From Vicinamibacteria bacterium (GTDB lineage Bacteria > Acidobacteriota > Vicinamibacteria > Marinacidobacterales > Marinacidobacteraceae): a stretch of 64,000 bases of DNA. Positions within the stretch are counted from its first letter, which is position 1; the number at the start of each line of letters is the position of its first letter. Positions 1-10,236 of the stretch are shown here, one piece after another. The stretch spans positions 576,001 through 640,000 of the forward strand of contig CAXXLQ010000004.1 in the NCBI GenBank assembly GCA_963668695.2, read 5' to 3'. A program made the translations under genes and the position numbers. Below the pieces are notes generated by a model that made no database searches, was not told the DNA's origin, and worked only from the letters and a program-made list of their open reading frames with translations.

Positions 1-273
1 CTCTAGCGAAGGTCTCCCGGCCGGAATCAACATGTCGCACTAGCGGGGTCTCCCGGCGGGGAACATGTCGCATTGGGGAAGCGCTCTCGCCCGCATCCGG
101 CGGGCGGTGCCGGCGTGAATGCCCCCACCGGGAGGACTGGCCGGCGTTCCCAATTCGGCCTTCCCGATTCGGCGGCGCGATCGGGGTGAGGACCGTGGGC
201 CCGCAGACCCCTTTTGGTCACCAACTGCCCGGAGGTCGGCGGTTCCCTCGCTTCGGTAGAGTCCCTGAACGCC

Positions 274-1752
274 ATGCTCTCCCGACGCTTTCTCATTCCG
301 CTCTTGCTCGTTTTCGCCGGCGGCCCCGCCGCGGCGCAGGACACGCCGATCTTCACCGAGGACTTCCCTGCCGCCGAGTTCCAGGCGCGCCGCAGGGCCG
401 TCATGGACGCTCTCGGACCCGGGGCGATTGCGCTATTGCAGGGGGCGCCGTCCCCCCTCGGGTACATCCGCTTTCGGCAGACCAATTCCTTCTACTACCT
501 GAGCGGAGTGGAGACGCCGCACGCCTACCTGGTGCTGAACGGCACGACGGGCCACTCGTCGCTCTACCTGCCGCCGCAGGACGACCGCCGCGAATCGTCA
601 GAGGGACGCCTCCTGACTTCCGACGACGCGGACCTCGCCCGGGAAAAGACCGGCGTGGCCGAGGTGCACCCGAACTGGAAACTGAGCGACCACCTCGCCC
701 GCCTCGCCTGGAGTCCGAATCCGCCGGTGGTCCACACCCCGCTCGCCCCCGCCGAACTCGCGGCGATGAGCCGGGACCTGGCGACCCGCGGCAACTCCGA
801 CATCGCGAACGACCCCTGGGACGCGCGCCCCTCGCGCGAAGCGATCTTCGTGTCCCGCCTCGAGGGACGGTTCCCGCGGCTGGAGATTCGCGACCTGACC
901 CCGGTGCTCGACCGGGCGCGGCTCGTGAAGAGCGAACGCGAGATCGCCCTCATCACCAAAGCCACCCGCCTTTCCGGGTTCGCGCTCATGGAGGCCATGC
1001 GCTCCACCGCCCCCGGGATCTACGAACGGGAACTCGACGCCGTCGGGAAGTTCCTCTTCTACCGGGACGGCGCCCAGTCGGACGCCTACTACTCGCTGGT
1101 GGCGACGGGAACGAACGCCTGGTATCCGCACTATCACCGGGGGGCGAGCCGGCTCGGCGACGGCGAGTTGATCCTGATGGACTACGCGCCCGACGTCGGC
1201 TACTACACGAGCGACGTGACCCGCATGTGGCCGGTGAACGGGGTCTGGAGCGAGTGGCAGCGCGATCTCTACGGCTTCTATCTCGCCTGCTACCAGGCGA
1301 TCCTCGACGCCATCCGGCCCGGGGATGTCGCCACCGTAATGGGCGATGCCGCCACCCGCATGGAGGAGATCGTGCGGGATTGGCCGTTCACGAAACCCCA
1401 CTACCGGCCGGCGGCGGAAGCCTTCGTGGCCGCCTACCGCCGCCGCGCCGCCGGCCGCCCGAACGGGGTGGGTCACGGTGTGGGAATGGCGGTCCACGAT
1501 GTCGGCAATGCCGACGGGACGCTCACCCCGGGCATGGTATTCACCATCGAGCCGCAGTTCCGGGTGCCCGAGGACCGGATCTACATCCGCCTGGAGGACG
1601 TCATCGTCGTCACCGAAGACGGCGCCGAAAACATCTCGGAGTTCGTTCCGATGGACATGGACGCCATCGAGGCGCTGATGGCGGAACCCGGGCTGCTGGA
1701 CCGCTACCCGAGTCCCCTCGACGCCTTCCCGGACCCCGGCGGACCGCGGTGA
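274..1752 (+). CDS. Xaa-Pro aminopeptidase (peptidase M24B), secreted
   Basis: Signal peptide from ATG 274 (MLSRRFLIPLLLVFAGGPAAAQ); FRQTNSFYYLSG N-domain; metal motifs D..GYYTSDVTR, HGVGMAVHD, TIEP, IRLED. Confidence 0.85.
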   Translation: MLSRRFLIPLLLVFAGGPAAAQDTPIFTEDFPAAEFQARRRAVMDALGPGAIALLQGAPSPLGYIRFRQTNSFYYLSGVETPHAYLVLNGTTGHSSLYLPPQDDRRESSEGRLLTSDDADLAREKTGVAEVHPNWKLSDHLARLAWSPNPPVVHTPLAPAELAAMSRDLATRGNSDIANDPWDARPSREAIFVSRLEGRFPRLEIRDLTPVLDRARLVKSEREIALITKATRLSGFALMEAMRSTAPGIYERELDAVGKFLFYRDGAQSDAYYSLVATGTNAWYPHYHRGASRLGDGELILMDYAPDVGYYTSDVTRMWPVNGVWSEWQRDLYGFYLACYQAILDAIRPGDVATVMGDAATRMEEIVRDWPFTKPHYRPAAEAFVAAYRRRAAGRPNGVGHGVGMAVHDVGNADGTLTPGMVFTIEPQFRVPEDRIYIRLEDVIVVTEDGAENISEFVPMDMDAIEALMAEPGLLDRYPSPLDAFPDPGGPR

Positions 1753-1763
1753 ATCAGTCTATC

Positions 1764-1878
1764 CATATTGTATTTCGTTCCATCCGATGGAATAAATTGC
1801 AACTATATTGTCCGATATCAGGAACGGCTGACTGCAAGATGTGACAATTCATATTGCGCTACATTCCATATGATGGAA
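1764..1878. promoter_or_regulatory. AT-rich promoter with two palindromic operators, probably AbiEi autoregulation
   Basis: TTCCATCCGATGGAA (1778-1792) and TTCCATATGATGGAA (1864-1878), each preceded by CATATTG. Confidence 0.55.
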
Positions 1879-1890
1879 GGAAACGCAATA

Positions 1891-2715
1891 ATGTTGTCCA
1901 AGACGGCCACCGGACAGGGGATCAGTGCCCGCAATCGGCACCGGCTCGCCGGGCTGCTCCGGGGGGTCGAGGGGCCGTTCACGGTCGGCGACGCGTCCGA
2001 AGTCTTGGACACCGACGCGGCCCGCACCCGGCGGTTCCTCGCCTACCTGGCCGCGCAGGGCTGGCTTATCCGGATCCGATCCGGAATCTACGAACGGGCG
2101 CCACTCGAAGTCGCCGGTCCCGTCGGTCGGGAGAGAATGTGGGCCAAGGCATACCGGATCTTCGCCCCCTGCTACCTCGGGGGCTTCACCGCCGCCTCCT
2201 ACTGGGGTCTGACGGAACAGTTCTTCCGCAATGTGATGGTGCTCAGCACCCGGTGGACCCGGAATCGCCGACCCACAATCCAGGGCGTGCAGTACGAGGT
2301 CAAGGTAATCGCCCCGAAGCGGCTGTTCGGGACCCGGTTGGGCTGGGACGAGGATCTGAGGGTCGAGTTCTCGGACCCGGCCCGCACCATCGTGGACACC
2401 CTGGACGATCCTGCGATGGGCGGCGGCATACGACAAGTGGCGGACACGGTCCAGAACTTCTTTCTGTTCGCGGAACTGCGAAACGACGAACGCCTGCTCG
2501 AGTACATCGAGCGGTTCGGCAACCGGTCGCTCTACAAGCGGCTCGGCTACCTGATCGAGAAACTGGAGATCGATGCGCCCGAGGTGCTGGAGACCTGCGC
2601 GCGGCGCATGAGTCAGGGAGTCGTCCGCCTCTATCCTGGCGGTCCCGATATCGGGCGGCCGGTAAAGCGTTGGCGGCTGATCGTGAACTCCACCATCGCC
2701 CCCCACGACTCATGA
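1891..2715 (+). CDS. Type IV TA antitoxin, AbiEi family
   Basis: N-terminal wHTH (LAYLAAQGWLIRIRSGIY), YLGGFTAASYWGLTEQ, SDPARTIVD, KRLGYL; ATGA-coupled to AbiEii. Confidence 0.85.
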   Translation: MLSKTATGQGISARNRHRLAGLLRGVEGPFTVGDASEVLDTDAARTRRFLAYLAAQGWLIRIRSGIYERAPLEVAGPVGRERMWAKAYRIFAPCYLGGFTAASYWGLTEQFFRNVMVLSTRWTRNRRPTIQGVQYEVKVIAPKRLFGTRLGWDEDLRVEFSDPARTIVDTLDDPAMGGGIRQVADTVQNFFLFAELRNDERLLEYIERFGNRSLYKRLGYLIEKLEIDAPEVLETCARRMSQGVVRLYPGGPDIGRPVKRWRLIVNSTIAPHDS

Positions 2716-2851
2716 TTTCCAGGGCGCGCCTCCGACTCGGCGCGCAGGAATGGGGTGTCGGGGATGTTGTCGTCGAGAACGACTATGTCCTCGGCTGGCT
2801 GCTGTGGGGAATCGGCTCCGACAAAACGCTCCGGGAGCAGTGGGTGTTCAA

Positions 2852-3049
2852 CAGCCTGTGGCAAAACCCACGCGGCGTTCGACCGGCGATCCATCCCGGC
2901 TGAGCCACTCCGCTTCGCTGTGTTCTGCGTTGCGTTTCGGTCGAAATACACCCGGTATTCCTCCCTCACGCGCCTTGTCAGCCGGGCGCCTCGCCCCCAC
3001 CGGGAGAACTGGCCAACCTCGGCGCTCACGTGGGTTTCACCACAGGCTG
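2852..3049 (+). mobile_element. MITE family 1, copy A
   Basis: Ends CAGCCTGTGGCAAAACCC / GGGTTTCACCACAGGCTG; flanks TCAA/TTAA; splits the FKGGT codons. Confidence 0.9.
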
Positions 3050-3734
3050 TTAAGGGCGGGACCTGCCTCAAGAAGTGCTATCTCAGCGACCATCGGTTTT
3101 CCCAGGATCTCGACTTCACCGTCCGGAAGGGTGGTCCCGTCGGGCCTGCAGCGGTGCTCCCGATACTGCGGCCGCTGCTGCAGCGGGTGAGCGATGCCTC
3201 CGGACTCGACTTCGCCGTCGCCGAACCCCGGTTGGACCTCCACCGGGGAAGGAACTTCGCCCGGGGCCGCATCTACTACACCGGTCCGCGCCGTGCCCGC
3301 ATGCCGACCCGGCTCATTCTGGATCTCAGCGGCGAGGAACTCCTCGCCGTGGAGCCGGAATGGAGAACTGTGCTCCATGACTACGGAGAAAAGCTTCCCC
3401 CGCCGGCGACGGTGCTGTGCTATCCGCTGGTTGAAGTATTCGCGGAGAAGATCCGCGCAATGGGAGAGCGGGGACGCCCGCGGGATCTCTACGACCTCGT
3501 CAGCGTGTTCCTCAGACCGGAGGTTCGGCCAGATCCGGCGGAGGTCCGACCGGTGCTGGCGCGGAAGTGCGCGCACAAAGGGATTCCGGTTCCGGACCTC
3601 GAATCCGTCCGCGCTGCAGAGACGCTGGCCGAGCTCAAGTCCGAGTGGAGGCACATGCTGGACCGACAGATGGCCGTGGTCCCCTCGCTCGACGACACGT
3701 GGGGCGAACTCCCGGCCTTCTTCCGCTGGCTCAA

Positions 3735-3988
3735 CAGCCTGTGATGAAACCCACGCGGCCCAGTTCTCCCGGTGGGGGCTCGAGCGGCGATGCATCCCGC
3801 CTGAACCGCCCCCCCACCGGGAGAACTGGCGCTTTGCGGCGCTCTGCGTTGCGTTTCGGTCGAAATACACCCGGGCCAGTTCTCCCGGTGGGGGCTCCTC
3901 CCTCACGCGCCTTGTCAGCCGGGCGCCTCGCCCCCACCGGGAGAACTGGCCAACCTCTCGGCGCTCACCCGGGTTCCACCACCGGCTG
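3735..3988 (+). mobile_element. MITE family 1, copy B (four 18-mers)
   Basis: Same TIRs and internal CGTTGCGTTTCGGTCGAAATACAC core; flanks TCAA/TTAA. Confidence 0.9.
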
Positions 3989-4056
3989 TTAAGCCGGAGA
4001 AGTGTTGACACCCGCCCGGCATCGGCGCCGGGCTCGCGAAGGGGGCCGCTCCGACC

Positions 4057-4260
4057 TCAGCCGGCCGGGTCCGCCCAAACCGCAGCGAGAGAGATCGGGT
4101 GTTCCGCATGCAGACGGCGGAGGAAGTCGGTGGCCGGCAGGCAAAGGGCGCCGGCGATCAGTAACCGGCGCGTTCCGCGATAGTCGGCCCACGCGCGAAG
4201 GTGCTCGGCCACCAGTCCTTCCAAGGCGGCACCCTCAATCTCGCTGGGACGGTCAAGCGC
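4057..4260 (-). pseudogene. Remnant of AAA+/DUF4143-type ATP-binding protein C-terminus
   Basis: EIEGAALEGLVAEHLRAWADY and LCLPATDFLRRL resemble that family's C-terminal region; no P-loop remains. Confidence 0.45.
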
Positions 4261-4404
4261 ACCGGCCGGACGTGACGGCATTTCAGTATCTATTCCGCCA
4301 CTTTGGCGATCAAAGTGGCATGTCGAAAGCCGAAATACCCTTCTCACGCCTCATTGGCGCGACAACCGAGGCCACCGAGGCCCTCCGGCGAGGCCCTCCG
4401 GGCG

Positions 4405-5022
4405 CTACTGACCGTTCCTGGCCAGATACGCCCGCGACGCCTCCGCGTCCTGCAGCGGTACCACCTTGTCAGGATCCACCCGAACCATGAGGTAGGTGAT
4501 GTGGTCCTCGATCCGGGTGAACTGATGGCCGGTTCCGGCAGGAACGACCAGCATGTCACCGGCCGTGAGCTCGTAGGTCACCCCGTCCCGCACCGCGGCG
4601 GCGTTGTTTCCCGGCCCGTTCAGGAACTGCACCGCCCGGTTGTCGGCCGGGCGCCGGCGCTTGTCCACGAGGTCCGGCCCGGTGAGGTTCGTTCCCGAAC
4701 CGCTGAGCACGAAGTACACCTCGGTCACGAGGTCGTGTTCGGCGACCGAGTGCGGTCCCGGCGCCTCGAGGGCGCCCCGCTTCACGAGCGCGATCTGGAC
4801 ATTCGCCTTGCCGATGTCCAGGGAGCGGACCTGCAGATCGGTCAGCCCGGTCGCGTCGGCGACCCGCTCGTATGCCTCAAGCTCCTCGGCGGCGACGAAG
4901 TCCGCATCGCACATGTCGCAACTCGGGGCGGGACCCTCATCCTGGGCGCCGCCGGAAACCCGTCCGAGGGCGAAAGCCGCCACCACGGCCAGCGCCGTTA
5001 CTCCCAAGGCCTTCTTGTTCAT
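4405..5022 (-). CDS. Secreted cupin-domain protein
   Basis: Signal peptide; cupin motifs EHDLVTEVYFVLSG and GDMLVVPAGTGHQF. Confidence 0.75.
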   Translation of the reverse strand: MNKKALGVTALAVVAAFALGRVSGGAQDEGPAPSCDMCDADFVAAEELEAYERVADATGLTDLQVRSLDIGKANVQIALVKRGALEAPGPHSVAEHDLVTEVYFVLSGSGTNLTGPDLVDKRRRPADNRAVQFLNGPGNNAAAVRDGVTYELTAGDMLVVPAGTGHQFTRIEDHITYLMVRVDPDKVVPLQDAEASRAYLARNGQ

Positions 5023-5149
5023 CACTCGCTCCTTCCCGCAAGGGGATCATTCCGACTATATGCCGGGGTCCCGCGGGAACGACCCGGCGTGACGCACGTT
5101 CTCACTTGGGCGACAATCCGCGCGGTACCCGAGGGGACGACCGACCACC

Positions 5150-7642
5150 ATGCTTCATGAATTCACCGAGGCGCTGAAGAGCCTCTCCAAGCGGCCGGGG
5201 TTCGCCCTGCTGGTGTGCGTCCCGCTCGCCCTGGGCATCGGGGCAACCTCGACCGTGTTCTCGGCGGTATACGGGGTCCTGCTCAAGGCTCCGGCGTACG
5301 ACGAGCCCGAACGTCTGGTGCAGGTTTGGGAGCGGCGCCCGCGGCTACCGATGCCGGACGAAGTGGCGGCCTTTTCGACCGACCACTTCCGGGAGTGGCG
5401 GGACGCCAATACCGTCTTCGACGGGTTGGCGATGTACGGCGACCGGCCGGTCGCCTACCGCGGGCTCTCCGGGGCGCCCGGTGAGCCACGCCCCCTGTTC
5501 GCCGAACAGGTCTCACCGGAGCTCTTCGAGATCCTGGGCGTTTCGCCGCACCTGGGACGCGCCTTCCGTCCGGAAGAAGCGACGCCGGGGCGCGACGCGG
5601 TCGCCGTCCTCGGTCACGCCTTCTGGATGCGGGAGTTCGGCGGCGACCCGGCGGTCGTCGGCCAAACGCTGCGCCTGGACGACCGCAATGTCGAGGTCAT
5701 CGGAATCGCGCCGCGCGACTTCGGATTCCCGATCCCGACCACCGAGATCTACCTCCCCTACCCGACGAGGCCACCCGCCAATCTCCAGCCGGGACAGATC
5801 CGGCTCGAACTCGTGCAGGTGGTCGGCCGGCTGCGGGACGGCATCAGCATCGAACAGGCGGAAGCCGAAGCGGCGGCCCTGATTGCCCGGCTGAGCGAAG
5901 AGAGCGACATCCAGCGCATGATGAACGAGGGGGTGTCGGTGCACCTGAGTTCGTTCACCGAGCGATCCACCCGGCGCATCCGCCAGCCGCTGATCGCGCT
6001 TTTCGGGGTCACCGTGCTCGTTTTGCTCATCGTGTGCGGCAACGTGGCCAACCTCCTGCTCACCCGGGCCGCCTGGCGCCAGCGCGAACTCGCGGTGCGG
6101 AGCGCCCTGGGCGCCGGCCGCTCGCGGCTGGTCAAGCGGCTGTTCGCGGAGAGCGTGCTGCTCGCCGGTGCGGCGGGGGCCCTGGGGGTGCTGCTGGCCG
6201 TGGGTGGCGCCGGAATCGTCCGTTCGCTCACCGTGCTCGGCCTGCCGCAACTGGCGGCCGCCGGGGTGGATGCCCGGGTCGTCGCCTTCACCTTCGGGAT
6301 CGCCGGCCTGGCGGCGCTGGTGTTCGGAACATTGCCGGCGCTGCGCGCCTCTTCCCGGGACCCCTCGGCGGCCCTCGACGCTTCGGCCCGCGGTGAGTCC
6401 ACTGCCCTGGGCGGCAGCACGCGCGGCGTGGGGCGCCGCGGACTTTTCGCCGCCCTCCAACTGGCCCTCGCGCTGCCGCTGCTGATCGGCGCGGGGCTGC
6501 TGACCCGGAGCTTCCTGGCCCTCGTCAGCGCGCCACCCGGCTACGAACCCGCGAACACCGTGGCCTTCGAAGTCCAGCTCGCGGCCAGCCGGTATCCGGA
6601 TCCGGAAGCGCAGACGGCGGTGCTCGACCGCATCCGCGAGTCGCTGGGCGCGATCCCGGGGGTGACGCAGGCGGGCATCGTGGACACCCTGCCGCTGAGC
6701 GGCGAACGCGCGGTGATCGGCTTCCAGCGGATCAGCGAGGATCCGATCACCGACCCCAACCAGGTTCCCCGGGCCCTGCTCCGCCGCGTCTCGCCCGGGT
6801 ATTTCCGCGCCATGGGCATTCCCCTGCGCGAGGGACGGGCGTTCGAGGAGACGGACCGCGCCAACCCGGCCGGGGTATCCGTCGTGAACCAGAGCCTCGT
6901 CGGGCGCTACCTCTCCGATCCGCCGGTGGGTCTGGAACTGCGGGGTCTGGGGGAGATCGTCGGCGTGGTCGGCGACGTGTACGAAGAAGGCGTGGACAGT
7001 CCGCCGGAACCGATCCTCTACCGCTTGATCGGGGACGCCCGGGTGCCCGCCCCCCGTGAGGTGACCAACATGAGCGTGGTCCTCCGCCATGCGGCCGGCG
7101 CCTCGGTGATGCAGGCGGCGGCGGCGCGACTCAAGGAAGTGGATCCCGAACTCGCCGCCCTGAACCCACGTACTCTCGGGGACCGCATCCGTGAATCGGT
7201 CGCCCAGCCCCGGCTCTACGCGCTGCTCCTCGGCGCCTTTGCCATCGCCGCGGCCCTCCTCGCCGCCTGGGGTGTGTTCGGGGTGGTCGGGTTCCAGGCG
7301 AACGCGCGCATACCGGCGCACGGCGTGCGGATGGCGTTCGGCGCCACCCCCAGGGACATCCGCCGCCTGGTGCTCGGGGACGCCCTGCGGATCGCCGCGC
7401 TCGGTCTCTTGCCGGGGCTGCTCCTGGTCTTCTTCCTGGTGCGCGTCGTCCAAAGCGAGCTGAGCCCGCTCCTCTTCCAGATCACCCCGCTGGACCCCAC
7501 CGTGTACGTCCTGGTTCCTCTGCTGCTCTTCGTGGCGGTGGTGGCGGCCGCCCTCCAGCCGGCCGCCACCGCCGCCCGCCTCGACGTCGTACAGGCGCTC
7601 AGGTCCGAACATCCGCGGCCCGTAAAGAGCTGGTTCGCCTGA
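5150..7642 (+). CDS. ADOP-type duplicated MacB/FtsX-like ABC permease
   Basis: LALGIGATSTVFS, LLIVCGNVANLLLTRA..RELAVRSALGAGR, duplicated second half. Confidence 0.9.
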   Translation: MLHEFTEALKSLSKRPGFALLVCVPLALGIGATSTVFSAVYGVLLKAPAYDEPERLVQVWERRPRLPMPDEVAAFSTDHFREWRDANTVFDGLAMYGDRPVAYRGLSGAPGEPRPLFAEQVSPELFEILGVSPHLGRAFRPEEATPGRDAVAVLGHAFWMREFGGDPAVVGQTLRLDDRNVEVIGIAPRDFGFPIPTTEIYLPYPTRPPANLQPGQIRLELVQVVGRLRDGISIEQAEAEAAALIARLSEESDIQRMMNEGVSVHLSSFTERSTRRIRQPLIALFGVTVLVLLIVCGNVANLLLTRAAWRQRELAVRSALGAGRSRLVKRLFAESVLLAGAAGALGVLLAVGGAGIVRSLTVLGLPQLAAAGVDARVVAFTFGIAGLAALVFGTLPALRASSRDPSAALDASARGESTALGGSTRGVGRRGLFAALQLALALPLLIGAGLLTRSFLALVSAPPGYEPANTVAFEVQLAASRYPDPEAQTAVLDRIRESLGAIPGVTQAGIVDTLPLSGERAVIGFQRISEDPITDPNQVPRALLRRVSPGYFRAMGIPLREGRAFEETDRANPAGVSVVNQSLVGRYLSDPPVGLELRGLGEIVGVVGDVYEEGVDSPPEPILYRLIGDARVPAPREVTNMSVVLRHAAGASVMQAAAARLKEVDPELAALNPRTLGDRIRESVAQPRLYALLLGAFAIAAALLAAWGVFGVVGFQANARIPAHGVRMAFGATPRDIRRLVLGDALRIAALGLLPGLLLVFFLVRVVQSELSPLLFQITPLDPTVYVLVPLLLFVAVVAAALQPAATAARLDVVQALRSEHPRPVKSWFA

Positions 7643-7709
7643 CGGGCGCCAGCAGCCCGGGTGAGCTCTCCCGGGAACACTTGGGGGGAACGGTCGTAGT
7701 AATCGCCGG

Positions 7710-9254
7710 ATGAAGAGCGGGTTAGGATTGATCTGGTTGCCAAAGTTTCCCCGCCGTTGGCGTCTCCTGGCCGGACTGGGCACTCTGGGGATCCTGACCC
7801 TCTACCGGGTTGGGTCCGACACCCCGGAAGAGCCGGACGAAGAAAGAGCGGAGCCGGAGAGCATCGTCTCCCCCTGCCCTCCCGGCGAAGGCGTGGAAGG
7901 TGGTCTCTGCGGAACGCTCGAGGTCCCGGAGGACCGGGCGAACCCCGAGGGAAGGAAGATCGCGCTGAACATCCTCGTGGTGCCGGCCGCCGAGCAGGGC
8001 GGCGAGCCGGACCCGGTCTTCTTCCTGGCCGGGGGGCCGGGACAGGCCGCCACGGAACTCGCCCCTCTCCTCCGACGAGCCGTTCCGGACCTGTTCCTTC
8101 GCCGGGACTTCGTGTTCGTGGACCAACGGGGGACCGGAGACTCCAATCCGCTGACCTGCGACTTCCTCGAGGAGCGGGTCACCTACTTCGACAGCGTTCC
8201 CGAAGAGTTGTCGGAAGCGGACTGGAGGGAGTGCCTCGACTCGCTGGATGCGGACCCGGAGCACTACACGACGCCCGTCGCCATGGACGATCTCGAAGAA
8301 GTGCGGGTGGCTCTCGGCTACGGACCAATCAATGTCTGGGGCGGCTCCTACGGCACCCGCGCGGCCACCGTCTTCCTCCGGCGCTACCCGCAGAGCGTCC
8401 GCACGGTGATCCTCGACGGGGTGGCCCCGGTGGATATGCGGATCCCGTTGCACTTCGCAGAGGACGGCCAGCGGGCCCTGACCCTGCTCATCGAATCCTG
8501 CGCCGCGGACGCCGCGTGCGACGCCCGCTTTCCGGACCTCGCGAATTCCATCGAGACGCTGCTCGCGAGCCTCGATCGGGATCCGCCCCCGCGCTACCGC
8601 GTCCGTCATCCCCGGACCGGGGATTGGCAGGAGATCGCCATCGGACGCGAACTGGTGGCCGGGGTGCTGCGGGCTGTGCTCTACAACCCGACGAGCGCCT
8701 CGGTCATCCCGCTGATGATCGAGAGCGCGCTCGACGGCGACTTCGGCCCCATCCTGGTGTTCGCCGATCCGGTCGCCGGGCCCCAGCTCGCTATCGGCAT
8801 GTTCTTGTCGGTGTTGTGCGCCGAGGATGTCCCCTTCCTGACCACGGACGAAGCGGCGCAGGCTGCCGAGGAGAGTTTCCTTGACACGCTCACGGCCGAG
8901 CAGATGCAGGAGGCGTGCGCTGTTTGGCCGCGCGGCGAGATCCCGCCCGGCTACCGGGAGCCTGTCGAGTCCGAAGCGCCGGTGCTGATCCTGTCCGGCG
9001 AACTGGATCCGGTGACCCCCCCGCGCTGGGGGGACCATGCCGCCGCCACGCTCCCGAATTCCCGGCACCTCATCGTCCCGGGCACGGGGCACGGCGCCAT
9101 GATGGCCGGCTGCGCCCCCGAACTGATCGGGGAGTTCCTCGATTCCGCCGATCCCGCCGCCCTGGACGCCGATTGCCTGTCCGGCATCTCCCGGCCTCCT
9201 TTCTGGAAGTCGGCAACCGGCCCCGGCGCTCCGAGATCGGACTCCCAGCCGTGA
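7710..9254 (+). CDS. Alpha/beta hydrolase, TAP-like (peptidase S33)
   Basis: LAGGPG, DQRGTG, GGSYGT nucleophile, DPVTP, GTGHG. Confidence 0.85.
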   Translation: MKSGLGLIWLPKFPRRWRLLAGLGTLGILTLYRVGSDTPEEPDEERAEPESIVSPCPPGEGVEGGLCGTLEVPEDRANPEGRKIALNILVVPAAEQGGEPDPVFFLAGGPGQAATELAPLLRRAVPDLFLRRDFVFVDQRGTGDSNPLTCDFLEERVTYFDSVPEELSEADWRECLDSLDADPEHYTTPVAMDDLEEVRVALGYGPINVWGGSYGTRAATVFLRRYPQSVRTVILDGVAPVDMRIPLHFAEDGQRALTLLIESCAADAACDARFPDLANSIETLLASLDRDPPPRYRVRHPRTGDWQEIAIGRELVAGVLRAVLYNPTSASVIPLMIESALDGDFGPILVFADPVAGPQLAIGMFLSVLCAEDVPFLTTDEAAQAAEESFLDTLTAEQMQEACAVWPRGEIPPGYREPVESEAPVLILSGELDPVTPPRWGDHAAATLPNSRHLIVPGTGHGAMMAGCAPELIGEFLDSADPAALDADCLSGISRPPFWKSATGPGAPRSDSQP

Positions 9255-9982
9255 TCGAGGCCTCCGGTCTCAAGAAGACCTTCGGCAGCGTGGTGGCCGT
9301 CAAGGACGTGAGCTTTCGCGCCGAGGACGGACAGATCACGGGCCTCGTCGGCCCGAATGGGGCCGGAAAATCCACCACCCTGCGGATGCTCTACGGCCTG
9401 ATGGCGCCGGAGGCGGGCAACGTCGCCGTGGATGGAGTGGACGTCCAACGGGAAACGATGGCGGCGCAGGAGCGCATCGGGGCCCTTCCGGACTCGCACT
9501 CCCTGTACCCACGGCTGACCGGCCGCGAGAACATCCGCTACTTCGCGCAGCTTCGCCGTCTTCCGCGAGACGAAGCCGAGGCCCGGATCGCGGAGTTCGT
9601 CCGGCTGCTGGAGATGGACGACTTCGTGGACCGGCGGGCAAAGGGCTATTCGCACGGAGAGCGCTCCCGGGTGCTCCTCGCCCGGGCGCTGGTCCACGAG
9701 CCCCAAAACGTCCTCCTCGACGAGCCGACAAACGGGCTGGACGTGATGAGCACCCGGCGCATGCGGGACCTGATCCGCGAGCTGCGGGCGCGGGGCTGCG
9801 CGGTGCTCTTTTCGAGCCACATCATGCAGGAGGTTTCCCTCCTCTGCGACCAGATCGTGATCATCGCGGCCGGGCGGGTGGTCGCCTCGGGGTCCCCCGA
9901 CGCGATCCGCGACGCGGCGGGGTGTGAGGACCTCGAGGATGCCTTCGTCAGCCTCACCGGTCCCCAGGAAGCGAGGGCCTAG
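9251..9982 (+). CDS. ABC transporter ATP-binding protein (NatA-like)
   Basis: GTG 9251 overlaps upstream stop; GPNGAGKS, LLDEPTNGLD, SSH. Confidence 0.9.
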   Translation: MIEASGLKKTFGSVVAVKDVSFRAEDGQITGLVGPNGAGKSTTLRMLYGLMAPEAGNVAVDGVDVQRETMAAQERIGALPDSHSLYPRLTGRENIRYFAQLRRLPRDEAEARIAEFVRLLEMDDFVDRRAKGYSHGERSRVLLARALVHEPQNVLLDEPTNGLDVMSTRRMRDLIRELRARGCAVLFSSHIMQEVSLLCDQIVIIAAGRVVASGSPDAIRDAAGCEDLEDAFVSLTGPQEARA

Positions 9983-10233
9983 CAGCCGGTGCTGAAACCC
10001 AGGCGGCCCAGTTCTCCCGGTGGGGGCTCGAGCGGCGATCCATCCCGGCTGAACCACTCCGCTTCGCTCCGTTCTGCGTTGCGTTTCGGTCGAAATACAC
10101 TCGGGCCAGTTCTCCCGGTGGGGGCTCCTTCCTCACGCGCCTTGTCAGCCGGGCCCCCACCGGGAGAACTGGCCCCACCGGGAGAACTGGGCCTCACCGC
10201 TCTCGGCGCTCACCCGGGTTCCACCACAGGCTA
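9983..10233 (+). mobile_element. MITE family 1, copy C
   Basis: TIRs; flanks CTAG/CTAA; removal restores a TAATG stop/start overlap between ATPase and permease. Confidence 0.9.
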
Positions 10234-10236
10234 CTA

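Larger units (their letters stand above)
2712..4008 (+). pseudogene. AbiEii nucleotidyltransferase toxin, interrupted by two MITE copies
   Basis: ATG 2712 MISR..ENDYVLGWLL..WVF | MITE 2852-3049 | KGGTCLKKCY..RFSQDLDFT..AEKIRA..RPRDLYD; 202-bp insertion shifts frame; second MITE at 3735 separates the native end KPEKC*. Confidence 0.85.

Noticed and set aside
2755-3744. Intact 329-aa AbiEii ORF
   Set aside because: Its first ~100 codons are out-of-frame gene sequence plus MITE; the true N-terminus is in the 2712 frame.
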